Position numbers and translations under genes: made by a program. Below the pieces are notes generated by a model that saw only the letters and a program-made list of their open reading frames with translations, had not been told where the DNA came from and ran no database searches. From a virus: 64,000 nucleotides of DNA. The stretch's first letter is position 1; each line of letters begins with the position of its first letter. The DNA lies in IMG/VR virus record IMGVR_UViG_3300042330_000875, positions 1 through 64,000 of that record. One strand, given 5' to 3'. Shown here piece after piece: positions 51,090-59,335 of this stretch.

Positions 51090-51698
51090 TTATCGAAGAG
51101 CGGGTGTAATTTGGTCAATTAAACCAATTTCAAGTGCCTGTTCTGGCGTCATCCAATAATCATGGCGCATTGTTTCTTTAAAATAATTATAATCTTTGCC
51201 TTTAAATCCACAATGTTTAACATATTTTTGTGTAAGAAGATCGTTTAAACGTCGCATTTCTTCAAGATTAATTTCCATATCATTTAATTTGCCGCCGCCC
51301 CCGCCATGTTGTGCAATTTGATGAATCATTATAGTTGAATTGGGAAGTGCGTATCTGTGATTTGGCTCCCCGGACATAAGCAGGAACGATCCCATGCTGG
51401 CACACAAAGATACGCCATAGGTATAAATTGGGCTTTTGCTGGCTAAAATACAGTCGTATAATCCCAGGCCCGCCAGAACTGAGCCGCCTTGAGAATTAAT
51501 ATAAAAATGAATAGGTTTTGTATCATTTTCATAGTTTAAATAAAAAATTTGTGCAATCAAAGATGATACAGCCTGATCTGTTACTTGTCCATTTAAAAAA
51601 ATAGTGCGATTACGTAATAACATTGAAAAAATATCCATAGCTCGCTCTCCGCGAGAATCGCTTTCAATTACCATAGGTACTAAACTATTCACATTCAT
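51090..51698 (-). CDS. clpP: ClpP protease subunit
   Basis: LVPMVIE, YINSQGG, CASMG (Ser), IMIHQ (His), DYWM. Confidence 0.93.
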   Translation of the reverse strand: MNVNSLVPMVIESDSRGERAMDIFSMLLRNRTIFLNGQVTDQAVSSLIAQIFYLNYENDTKPIHFYINSQGGSVLAGLGLYDCILASKSPIYTYGVSLCASMGSFLLMSGEPNHRYALPNSTIMIHQIAQHGGGGGKLNDMEINLEEMRRLNDLLTQKYVKHCGFKGKDYNYFKETMRHDYWMTPEQALEIGLIDQITPALR

Positions 51699-51712
51699 TT
51701 ATTTTGTTTCTC

Positions 51713-52006
51713 CTAAATATAAATTTTACTTTGTAATAATAACATAACTTCATCGGTTGAATCTTCCAACCAGATATAAACTTTTTCATTCCATCGTTGA
51801 CAATGAAACTTTCCTTTACATTTATTGTCTAAATGTTTTTTAATTAAATTATCTAAAATATATTCTGATTGATAATCTCCTTGATAATCTATACTAATAA
51901 AATAATAATTATTTTTTACATTATCATTAAATGCTTGAAATTTGGTTTCTTCAAATGCTTGAATAGGTAATTCAATTTTTCTCAATCTATTTGCAGATTT
52001 AATCAT
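51713..52006 (-). CDS. Hypothetical protein with shared C-terminal tag
   Basis: Ends DSTDEVMLLLQSKIYI. Confidence 0.65.
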   Translation of the reverse strand: MIKSANRLRKIELPIQAFEETKFQAFNDNVKNNYYFISIDYQGDYQSEYILDNLIKKHLDNKCKGKFHCQRWNEKVYIWLEDSTDEVMLLLQSKIYI

Positions 52007-52568
52007 CTAAACTCCCATTAAAAATTTTCATAATTCCAATGCTTGCAGTTGGCGCATTAAAAGTTTTACCAATCATACCAATTACATCATTTACATTGAA
52101 AATGCAAATTTCAATATCTTCATTTTCTTCAACCAAACCTTTGAATTTTGCGGTAGGCAATTGATTAATTTCAGCAACCAACAAATGTACCTTTTCAGAA
52201 CATGCTCCTGCGCTTGGATAATAATAACCCAAGTTATGCATTTTTACAACATGTTCTTTTTTAATGTCAACTTCTTCGTCAAGTTCATTATATGCAGTTT
52301 GTAAAACATCATCGTTTTCAACAACGCCAGCAGGTGCATCAAGAACAAGCCCGTTGCCATGCGAAAATTCAATTGGCACACGCATTTGTTTAACCAAAAC
52401 GATTTGATTTGTTTCTTTATGCCAAGGCACAATAACAACTGCATCTTTACGCACGATAACTTCTCGTGTATATTGTAAAGTTGTTTTATTATCCAATGAT
52501 TGATGCTTTACATCGACTTTGAAAATTTTAAGAAAACCATTGTAAATTTTTTCTGCATTGATTTCCAT
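51999..52568 (-). CDS. Nudix hydrolase (ADP-ribose pyrophosphatase-like)
   Basis: KQMRVP, PAGVVE...AYNELDEEV, YPSAG, ENEDI. Confidence 0.85.
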   Translation of the reverse strand: MEINAEKIYNGFLKIFKVDVKHQSLDNKTTLQYTREVIVRKDAVVIVPWHKETNQIVLVKQMRVPIEFSHGNGLVLDAPAGVVENDDVLQTAYNELDEEVDIKKEHVVKMHNLGYYYPSAGACSEKVHLLVAEINQLPTAKFKGLVEENEDIEICIFNVNDVIGMIGKTFNAPTASIGIMKIFNGSLDD

Positions 52569-52623
52569 GATTTTCTCCTTGTTAGATTTTGAGAATATCT
52601 TATGAATGATTTTTTGTCAATAG

Positions 52624-52651
52624 AAAAAGGCGGGAAATTTCCCGCCTTTTT
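52624..52651. terminator. Intrinsic terminator, same stem-loop as 50665..50690
   Basis: AAAAGGCGGG-AAATTT-CCCGCCTTTT. Confidence 0.85.
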
Positions 52652-52959
52652 TATCCCCAACGTTCAATCATTTCTTTCTTAAAAGTTTCATCTTGATTAG
52701 GATGGTCTTTTAACCAATCTTGAATATTTTCATAAAGTTTATCATTTAACCTAAAAGAATAACTTCCATCAGGCCAAATTCTTGCAGGTCCAGTTAATCG
52801 ATGAAATTGCCAACCTTTTTTGCACCAAAGCTTTTCGCCTGTTTCTAAATTTTCATAAGCAGGAATTTCTTCATCTGGTGAAGAAATATCCAGCCAAGGA
52901 ATGTCATCTTCATTATCAGTTGTGTATTTTTTACCATCAACGTAATAAATATAATTCAT
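52651..52959 (-). CDS. HRLTGPA-family paralog, tail type C
   Basis: HPNQDETFKKEMIERWG. Confidence 0.85.
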   Translation of the reverse strand: MNYIYYVDGKKYTTDNEDDIPWLDISSPDEEIPAYENLETGEKLWCKKGWQFHRLTGPARIWPDGSYSFRLNDKLYENIQDWLKDHPNQDETFKKEMIERWG

Positions 52960-53002
52960 AATTCATTCTCCTTTGTTCGGTTGCGTCATTCCCGCCTTTT
53001 GT

Positions 53003-53311
53003 TTATCCCCAACGTTCAATCATTTCTTTCTTAAAAGTTTCATCTTGATTAGGATGGTCTTTTAACCAATCATGGATGTTTTGGTATTTTTTATCATTTA
53101 AATAAAAATCATAACTTCCATCGGGCCAAATAATAGCTGGTCCAGTTAATCGATGCCAAATTCTACCTTTTTCAGTCCAAATTTTTTCACCTGATTCTAA
53201 ATCTTCATAAGCAGGTGTATTTTCGTCTGGTGATGAAATTTTATCAAACGGAATTTTATAACCTTCTTTTGTTTTGTATTTTTTACCATCAACGTAATAA
53301 ATATAATTCAT
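53003..53311 (-). CDS. HRLTGPA-family paralog, tail type C
   Basis: HPNQDETFKKEMIERWG. Confidence 0.85.
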   Translation of the reverse strand: MNYIYYVDGKKYKTKEGYKIPFDKISSPDENTPAYEDLESGEKIWTEKGRIWHRLTGPAIIWPDGSYDFYLNDKKYQNIHDWLKDHPNQDETFKKEMIERWG

Positions 53312-53336
53312 AATTCATTCTCCTTTGTTCGGTTGC

Positions 53337-53388
53337 GACGTTTCCGTCTTGATAAATTGATAATAGAAAATTTTTCGTTTTCTGTCAA
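53337..53388 (-). promoter_or_regulatory. Sigma70 promoter plus GACG-GAAA-CGTC leader hairpin
   Basis: TTGACA-N17-TATTAT. Confidence 0.8.
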
Positions 53389-53405
53389 GTGATTTTTTAA
53401 ATTTA

Positions 53406-53485
53406 ATTTTTGTTAAGTTGTAGTTGTAGAAACTCATTCAAAAAACCTATATTTTCTGCGGCTCTTCGTGAATAGAAAATTTATT
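53406..53485 (-). repeat. Non-coding repeat A, copy 3
   Basis: See copy 1. Confidence 0.9.
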
Positions 53486-53519
53486 GATATAATCAAATTA
53501 TAGGTATTGGATACGTATT

Positions 53520-53891
53520 TTAGTTATTAATTTCTGATATTTCAAAATAGTTTTTATTTTTTAAATTAAAATAATCTTTATAAACTCCCTTAACTATTTC
53601 ATAAATTAATTTTGTTAATCGATAGGTTTCTTTATTAGAGATAAATTTATCATTTACAATTAATAAATGTTCGTTCTTTTGAAAAACATGTTCGATTGCA
53701 ATAGTTAATTTTAAATTTTTATCGATAAATTTATTATTAGATAAATCAACTAAGTAAACAGTAAAATCTTTAATATAAATTGATGATATTATTTTTTTAT
53801 TATTTTGCATACAATTTTGATTTATTTCAGCAATTAATTTTTTAATTTTAGAAAAATAATATTTTATTAATAATCGATAAATTATGACCAT
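53520..53891 (-). CDS. Hypothetical protein inside cassette 3
   Basis: 123-aa ORF overlapping the paralog stop. Confidence 0.5.
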   Translation of the reverse strand: MVIIYRLLIKYYFSKIKKLIAEINQNCMQNNKKIISSIYIKDFTVYLVDLSNNKFIDKNLKLTIAIEHVFQKNEHLLIVNDKFISNKETYRLTKLIYEIVKGVYKDYFNLKNKNYFEISEINN

Positions 53892-54190
53892 TTTAGTAAC
53901 ATTTCAATTTGAAAGGTATTATCTTGATTTGGATGAAATGATAACCAATATTTAATATCATTATAATAACAAACGGAGTTTAAATAAAAATATTTTTTAC
54001 CATCAGGAAAAATTTCTGCGGGTCCAGTTAATCGATGATAAGCTCTTAATTTTTTACACCAAATTTTTTCACCTGTTAAAGTATCTTCATACGCAGGTAT
54101 TTGTTCATTTGGTGAAGAAATATAATCCCAAGGTACTTTTTTCTTTTTTGATTTTATAATTTTTTTACCATCAATATAATAAATTTCCAT
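53882..54190 (-). CDS. HRLTGPA-family paralog, tail type A
   Basis: HRLTGPA, FQIEMLLKWS. Confidence 0.85.
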   Translation of the reverse strand: MEIYYIDGKKIIKSKKKKVPWDYISSPNEQIPAYEDTLTGEKIWCKKLRAYHRLTGPAEIFPDGKKYFYLNSVCYYNDIKYWLSFHPNQDNTFQIEMLLKWS

Positions 54191-54196
54191 TTATCA

Positions 54197-54307
54197 TTCT
54201 TTCAAATAGCGGTTTAATCGCGTTTAGAGGCACATTGCAGAGGTTTTAGATTGATTTAGGTAATTTGGATAACCAATTAAGACAATAGGCTTTAAATCGC
54301 TTTAAAA
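54197..54307 (-). repeat. Non-coding repeat B, copy 3
   Basis: See copy 1. Confidence 0.9.
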
Positions 54308-54640
54308 CTAATTTTGTAAAAACCATAAAATTCTATCGGCTTCATTCATACCTAATGTATCAAAATAAAGATCGGGATTTGGATGATCTTTAAGCCAATC
54401 ATTTACATTTTCATATTTTTTTCCATTTAAATAAAATTCTTTAAATACATCAGAACAAATCCTGGCAGGACCAGTTAAACGATGTAAAACTTTATCTATT
54501 TGATACCAAAGTTTATATCCAGTTTCTAAGTTTTGACAAGCAGGCGTATTTTCATCTGGTGACGAAATATAATACTGAGGTATTTCTTTATAATTATAAG
54601 TTTTAAATTTTTCACCATCTATATAATAAATATATTTCAT
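54308..54640 (-). CDS. HRLTGPA-family paralog, tail type B
   Basis: HPNPDLYF...NEADRILWFLQN. Confidence 0.85.
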   Translation of the reverse strand: MKYIYYIDGEKFKTYNYKEIPQYYISSPDENTPACQNLETGYKLWYQIDKVLHRLTGPARICSDVFKEFYLNGKKYENVNDWLKDHPNPDLYFDTLGMNEADRILWFLQN

Positions 54641-55079
54641 TTTATTTTTCCATTATAAATTAAATTTACCATTTCAATTAATGAATACTTAGTAACTTTA
54701 GTATCAGTTAAAAATATACCAATATCGTTAATAGTTATACTAGATGTTTTTAATAAAATATAATTTTCATTATTACTGTATAACATACGGCAAGTTCCAA
54801 TTAATTCTATTAGTAATTTTGTTTGTAATTTTATTTTATTCATCAATTAAATCATTTATTGTTTTTACAAAAGATTCGTATTTTTGTTTTGAAACAATCA
54901 AGCCAAAAAAATTATTATATTTTTTTCTTATTTCTATTTGTAATTCAAATCTTAATTGATCACCAATTGTATCATAAAAATTATCATATAATATTTTATT
55001 GGGTAAAAATTTTTCATACATTTTTATAAAATTTTCCTTTATTTTTAATTTTAATTTTGAAAAAAGAGAACAAAAGCGG

Positions 55080-55087
55080 TATAAATA
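55080..55087 (+). promoter_or_regulatory. T4-type late promoter
   Basis: TATAAATA upstream of the SSB gene. Confidence 0.65.
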
Positions 55088-55195
55088 TATTTGTAAGCGC
55101 GAAAGTTCTTACAATGTACAAATTAGCAAAGTTTAATAGAACAAATTTTACAAGCAAAGTACAAATAACTTACAAATTATAGGACAAATAAAAAA

Positions 55196-56173
55196 ATGAC
55201 ATTCGATCTAAACAAAATCCGTGAAGCTTTAAATCAATCAAAACCCGCTTACGAAAATCAATCAACAGGCGATAATGCATCTTATCCTTTTTGGAATGCA
55301 AAAGAAAAAGAAACTGTATTTCTTCGTTTCTTACCTGATGGGGATACAAATAATCCTTTTTTCTGGCGTCATCGTCAAGTAATTAAATTACCTTTTGCTG
55401 GCGTAGTTGGTGAAAGTGATCAACCAGTAGAAGTACAAGTTCCTTGTATTAAAATGTGGGATGATAAAGCAGTTTGCCCAATCACACAAAAAATGAACGT
55501 TCTTTGGAAAGGTTCAGAAAGTGACCAAGCAATTGCTAGAATTTACAAACGTCATCACACTTACATTTATCAAGGTTTCGTGATTCAATCACCAATTGAA
55601 GAAGAAACTGTTCCTGAAAATCCAATTCGTCGTTTTGTAATTAATAAAACAATTCATGATATTATTGAAAAATCACTTCATGATACTGATCTGGAATATG
55701 TTCCAATTGATTATGAAAATGGTCTTGAATTTAAAATTTCAAAAGAAAAATCTCCTGGTCAACAATTTGCAAAATACATTTGTTCTTGGCGTCAAAAAAC
55801 AACTCCATTAACTGATGAACAATTAGTTGCAATTGAAACTTTTGGTTTATTCAATCTTGGAGAATTTCTTGGTCGTCGTCCAGATGCAGATGAATTAGCT
55901 GTTCAAGAAGCAATGTTAATGGATTCTCGTGCTGGTAAACAATTCGACAAAGCAAGTTATGGTCATCTTTATCGTGCTTATCCAACTCGTTCTGGTGGTT
56001 TTGTTCCACAAACACAAGCCACAACTAATACTCCTGTTTTTAATGGTTATACACCAAATCAAGCAGCAAGTCAAGTGCCAGTTCAAGAAGCACAAGAAAC
56101 TGCATCACAAAGTTCAGCAAGTGCATTGCTTCAACGTTTGAAAGCAAATCAAGCTGCACAAGCTGGCGGCTAA
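55196..56173 (+). CDS. Single-stranded DNA-binding protein, T4 gp32-like
   Basis: LRFLPDGD, PFFW, VPC...CP; upstream of uvsX. Confidence 0.85.
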   Translation: MTFDLNKIREALNQSKPAYENQSTGDNASYPFWNAKEKETVFLRFLPDGDTNNPFFWRHRQVIKLPFAGVVGESDQPVEVQVPCIKMWDDKAVCPITQKMNVLWKGSESDQAIARIYKRHHTYIYQGFVIQSPIEEETVPENPIRRFVINKTIHDIIEKSLHDTDLEYVPIDYENGLEFKISKEKSPGQQFAKYICSWRQKTTPLTDEQLVAIETFGLFNLGEFLGRRPDADELAVQEAMLMDSRAGKQFDKASYGHLYRAYPTRSGGFVPQTQATTNTPVFNGYTPNQAASQVPVQEAQETASQSSASALLQRLKANQAAQAGG

Positions 56174-56230
56174 AAATTGGGGAATTTAATTCCCCAATTT
56201 TATCTTTTAATTTTAATTAAGGAAAATGTG

Positions 56231-57745
56231 ATGAAACCTTTTGATCCAAGTAAGCTTATAAAAGCTGTTAATAAATCTGTACCCAATGTTAGCATTGGTT
56301 TTAATGATCCTCAAATTTGGCTTAGTACAGGCTGTTATCTTTTAAATTATCTGATATCAGGTGATTATAAAAAAGGTATTCCTTTAGAGGGCAAAATTAC
56401 CTGTGTAGGTGGTGAAAGTGGTTGTTTACCTTCAACTGCCGAAGTTATTTTAAGATCGAATTTTACCAATAATGAAAATTTAGATTATAAAACAATAACA
56501 GTTGGTGAATTAAAAAATATTTATTTTGAAAATAAAAGTAAACAATTGCCTACATTTATTGAAACTCCTGATGGTTCACAAACAATTGTCAATTGGTTTA
56601 ACAAAGGTCAATTACCTTGTGTTAAAGTAATTACTGAAAGTGGTAAAATAACAATTTGTGCAACCAATCATATGTTAGAAACTGCAAAGGGTTGGGTATT
56701 AGCTGAAAATTCTTTAAATGAAAATGTTATTATTCTTAATAACAATCAATCATTTGAAGATAAAGTTGTAGAAGTAATTCCTTACGATACAATTGAATGT
56801 TTTGATTTTGAAATCAATCATCAAAATCATCGTTATTGGGGTGATGGATTTAGTTCACATAATAGTGGCAAATCTTATATTGTTTCGGGCAACTTAGTAA
56901 AAGACGCACAAGAAAAAGGTATTTTCGTAGTTATGTTTGATACTGAAAATGCTTTAGATGAAGAATGGTTGCATAATTTGGGCGTTGATACTGATCCTAG
57001 TAAATTAATGCGAATTAATGTTGCTATGATTGATGATGTTGCCAAAACTACTACTAAAATTTTAGATGAATATAAAGAAACATTTGATGGTGTTCCTTAT
57101 AATGAACAAGCTCCTATTCTTTTTATTATTGACAGTTTAGGAATGCTTATTACACCAAACAATGAACGGCAATTCGAAGAAGGTGACATGAAAGGCGATA
57201 TGGGCATTAAAGCAAAACAATTAACTGCTTTAATGCGTGGTATAAGTGCAAAAATTGCAAATAAAAGAATTGGTATGATTTGTACCAATCACGTTTACGC
57301 TGCACATGATCAATATTCACCTGATACATTAGCTGGCGGTAAAATGGTTGAGTATGCTACTAGCATTATTATCCAAATGAATAAACTTTTATTAAAAGAA
57401 GATGAATTTGGTAATAAATTAACTGATGGCGCGGTAGCTGGTATTCGTAGTAGTGTTGTAGTTAGAAAAACACGTTATAACAAACCATTTGAAAAAATGA
57501 AAATTGAAATTCCATATGAACAAGGCATGAATCCTTATTCTGGATTATTTGATTTCTTATTTAGTAGAAATATTTTAGTTAAAGAAGGTAATCGATATTC
57601 TTATACTTCACCAGTAACAGGTGAAATTTTAAAAGATTTTCGTAAGAATTTCAAATATGAATGGTTAGATCAAATTATGGAAGAATGGTCTCATTGGACA
57701 AAACATGTTGAACAAGTAGCACCAGTTGAAATAGTAGAAGATTAA
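56231..57745 (+). CDS. uvsX: RecA-like recombinase with intein
   Basis: GGESG|intein|SGKS, FDTENA, IIDSLG, TNHVY, KTRY. Confidence 0.9.
   Translation: MKPFDPSKLIKAVNKSVPNVSIGFNDPQIWLSTGCYLLNYLISGDYKKGIPLEGKITCVGGESGCLPSTAEVILRSNFTNNENLDYKTITVGELKNIYFENKSKQLPTFIETPDGSQTIVNWFNKGQLPCVKVITESGKITICATNHMLETAKGWVLAENSLNENVIILNNNQSFEDKVVEVIPYDTIECFDFEINHQNHRYWGDGFSSHNSGKSYIVSGNLVKDAQEKGIFVVMFDTENALDEEWLHNLGVDTDPSKLMRINVAMIDDVAKTTTKILDEYKETFDGVPYNEQAPILFIIDSLGMLITPNNERQFEEGDMKGDMGIKAKQLTALMRGISAKIANKRIGMICTNHVYAAHDQYSPDTLAGGKMVEYATSIIIQMNKLLLKEDEFGNKLTDGAVAGIRSSVVVRKTRYNKPFEKMKIEIPYEQGMNPYSGLFDFLFSRNILVKEGNRYSYTSPVTGEILKDFRKNFKYEWLDQIMEEWSHWTKHVEQVAPVEIVED
56423..56863 (+). mobile_element. Mini-intein (147 aa) in the UvsX Walker A motif
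   Basis: CLPSTAEV start, ATNH block B, FDFEI block F, SHN|S end. Confidence 0.92.
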
Positions 57746-57783
57746 TCTTCTACTATTTTTCTTATAAAGAACTAAGGAAAAAT

Positions 57784-58077
57784 ATGTTTGATAAAAATTT
57801 AGAATTTTTAATAAAATTTATACCTAATAAATCATTTAGAGAATTTATTAATGATGAAATTATTATTGTTAGAATACAAAACCATTCAATACAAATTTTT
57901 AATTATCCAAACGGAGAAGAAAATATAATTTTTAAATCATATATTAAAGATGATAATTTAATAAAAGAAATTAATACAAATATTGATATTGAAAAATTAA
58001 TTAATGATATTACGGGTTTGCTTATAGCATCGGATTTGTCATGGTGGAAAATCTATAGCGCTTATATAAGATTATGA
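57784..58077 (+). CDS. Hypothetical protein
   Basis: 97-aa ORF, AAGGA SD. Confidence 0.6.
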   Translation: MFDKNLEFLIKFIPNKSFREFINDEIIIVRIQNHSIQIFNYPNGEENIIFKSYIKDDNLIKEINTNIDIEKLINDITGLLIASDLSWWKIYSAYIRL

Positions 58078-58380
58078 ATATTTTAAAAGCATTTCAATTT
58101 GAAAGGAATTGTCTTGATTTGGATGTATTGATAACCATTTATGAATATTATCATAAAAATAATCATCTATCCAAAATTGAATTTTTCCGTTAAAACAAAT
58201 TCTTGCTGGTCCTGTTAAGCGATGCCATCGCCATCCTTTTTCACACCAAAGTTTTTCACCTGTTTCTAAAACTTCATAAGCAGGTGTATTTTCATCAGGA
58301 GAGGAAATTTCATCAAAAGGAATTGTATTGTAATTATCGGTTGTAAATTTTTTATTATCAATATAATAAATATATCTCAT
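58072..58380 (-). CDS. HRLTGPA-family paralog, tail type A
   Basis: HRLTGPA, FQIEMLLKYS. Confidence 0.85.
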   Translation of the reverse strand: MRYIYYIDNKKFTTDNYNTIPFDEISSPDENTPAYEVLETGEKLWCEKGWRWHRLTGPARICFNGKIQFWIDDYFYDNIHKWLSIHPNQDNSFQIEMLLKYS

Positions 58381-58452
58381 AACATTTTATCCTTTTTTAT
58401 TGTAATTGTTTGTTAAATAGATTAAATTTAATTTTTAAAGAGGAAAGAAAAA

Positions 58453-58686
58453 ATGACACCAGAAAGTATTTTAATTGAAGAATTGTGGGAAACCATTAAA
58501 GGTTTTACGCCTGCAAAACAAAAAACAGAAGTTCTTTATCAATTATTTCGTTTATTACAAGAATATGGAATTGAACAAGAAGATTTTGAAGATTTATTAG
58601 ACCATGATGACCTTGCATTAAAAAAAGCATTTATTCATGTTTATGAATTAGATTTAGATGAAAAGGATGATGAAGAGGAAGATTAA
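58453..58686 (+). CDS. Small acidic hypothetical protein
   Basis: GAGG SD; terminator 58673..58700. Confidence 0.7.
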   Translation: MTPESILIEELWETIKGFTPAKQKTEVLYQLFRLLQEYGIEQEDFEDLLDHDDLALKKAFIHVYELDLDEKDDEEED

Positions 58687-58699
58687 TCTTCCTCTTTTT

Positions 58700-59008
58700 T
58701 TATGTGTATTTTAACAGCATTTCCACTTGAAAGGCGTTATCTTGATTTGGGTGATCTTTTAACCAATCATGTACGTTTTTATAAGCGTTATCATTTAGCC
58801 AAAAGTGTTCTTGTCCATCAGAATTAATTACTGCGGGTCCAGTTAAGCGATGCAAAATTAATCCTTTATTACACCAATATTTTTTACCTGTTGATAAATT
58901 TTCCCAAGCAGGTGTATTTTCATCGGGTGATGAAATTTTTGACAAAGGGATTTCATGAGTTTTATCAGTTGTAAATTTTTCACCATCAACATAGTAAACA
59001 TATGTCAT
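58700..59008 (-). CDS. HRLTGPA-family paralog, tail type A
   Basis: HRLTGPA, FQVEMLLKYT. Confidence 0.85.
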   Translation of the reverse strand: MTYVYYVDGEKFTTDKTHEIPLSKISSPDENTPAWENLSTGKKYWCNKGLILHRLTGPAVINSDGQEHFWLNDNAYKNVHDWLKDHPNQDNAFQVEMLLKYT

Positions 59009-59027
59009 ATTATTTTTCTTTCATATT

Positions 59028-59333
59028 TTATGTGTATTTTAATATCATTTCTACCTGAAAGGCATTGTCTTGATTTGGGTGTACTTTTAACCAATCATTT
59101 ACATTGTCATATCTTTTATCATTTAAATAAAATCGTACTCTTCCATCATCCCAAATAAAAGCAGGTCCGGTTAATCGATGATGAATACCGCCATTTAAAC
59201 ACCAAAATTTAAATCCTGATTCTAAATTTTCAAAAGCGGGTGTTCGTTCATTAGGTGAAGAAATTTCTAACAAAGGAATTACACTATTATCTTCAGTTAG
59301 AAATTTTTCACCATCAATATAATAAATAATCAT
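59028..59333 (-). CDS. HRLTGPA-family paralog, tail type A
   Basis: HRLTGPA, FQVEMILKYT. Confidence 0.85.
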   Translation of the reverse strand: MIIYYIDGEKFLTEDNSVIPLLEISSPNERTPAFENLESGFKFWCLNGGIHHRLTGPAFIWDDGRVRFYLNDKRYDNVNDWLKVHPNQDNAFQVEMILKYT

Positions 59334-59335
59334 TT

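Noticed and set aside
13257-54307. CRISPR array interpretation of repeats A and B
   Set aside because: Copies are dispersed over 40 kb, not tandem with spacers; no cas genes seen
56177-56230. TTG start for uvsX at 56177
   Set aside because: Lies in a terminator hairpin; AAGGA SD supports the start near 56231
13349-59333. Diversity-generating retroelement driving the paralog family
   Set aside because: No reverse transcriptase or non-coding template copy in the window; differences include indels and do not look adenine-restricted. An RT elsewhere in the genome cannot be excluded
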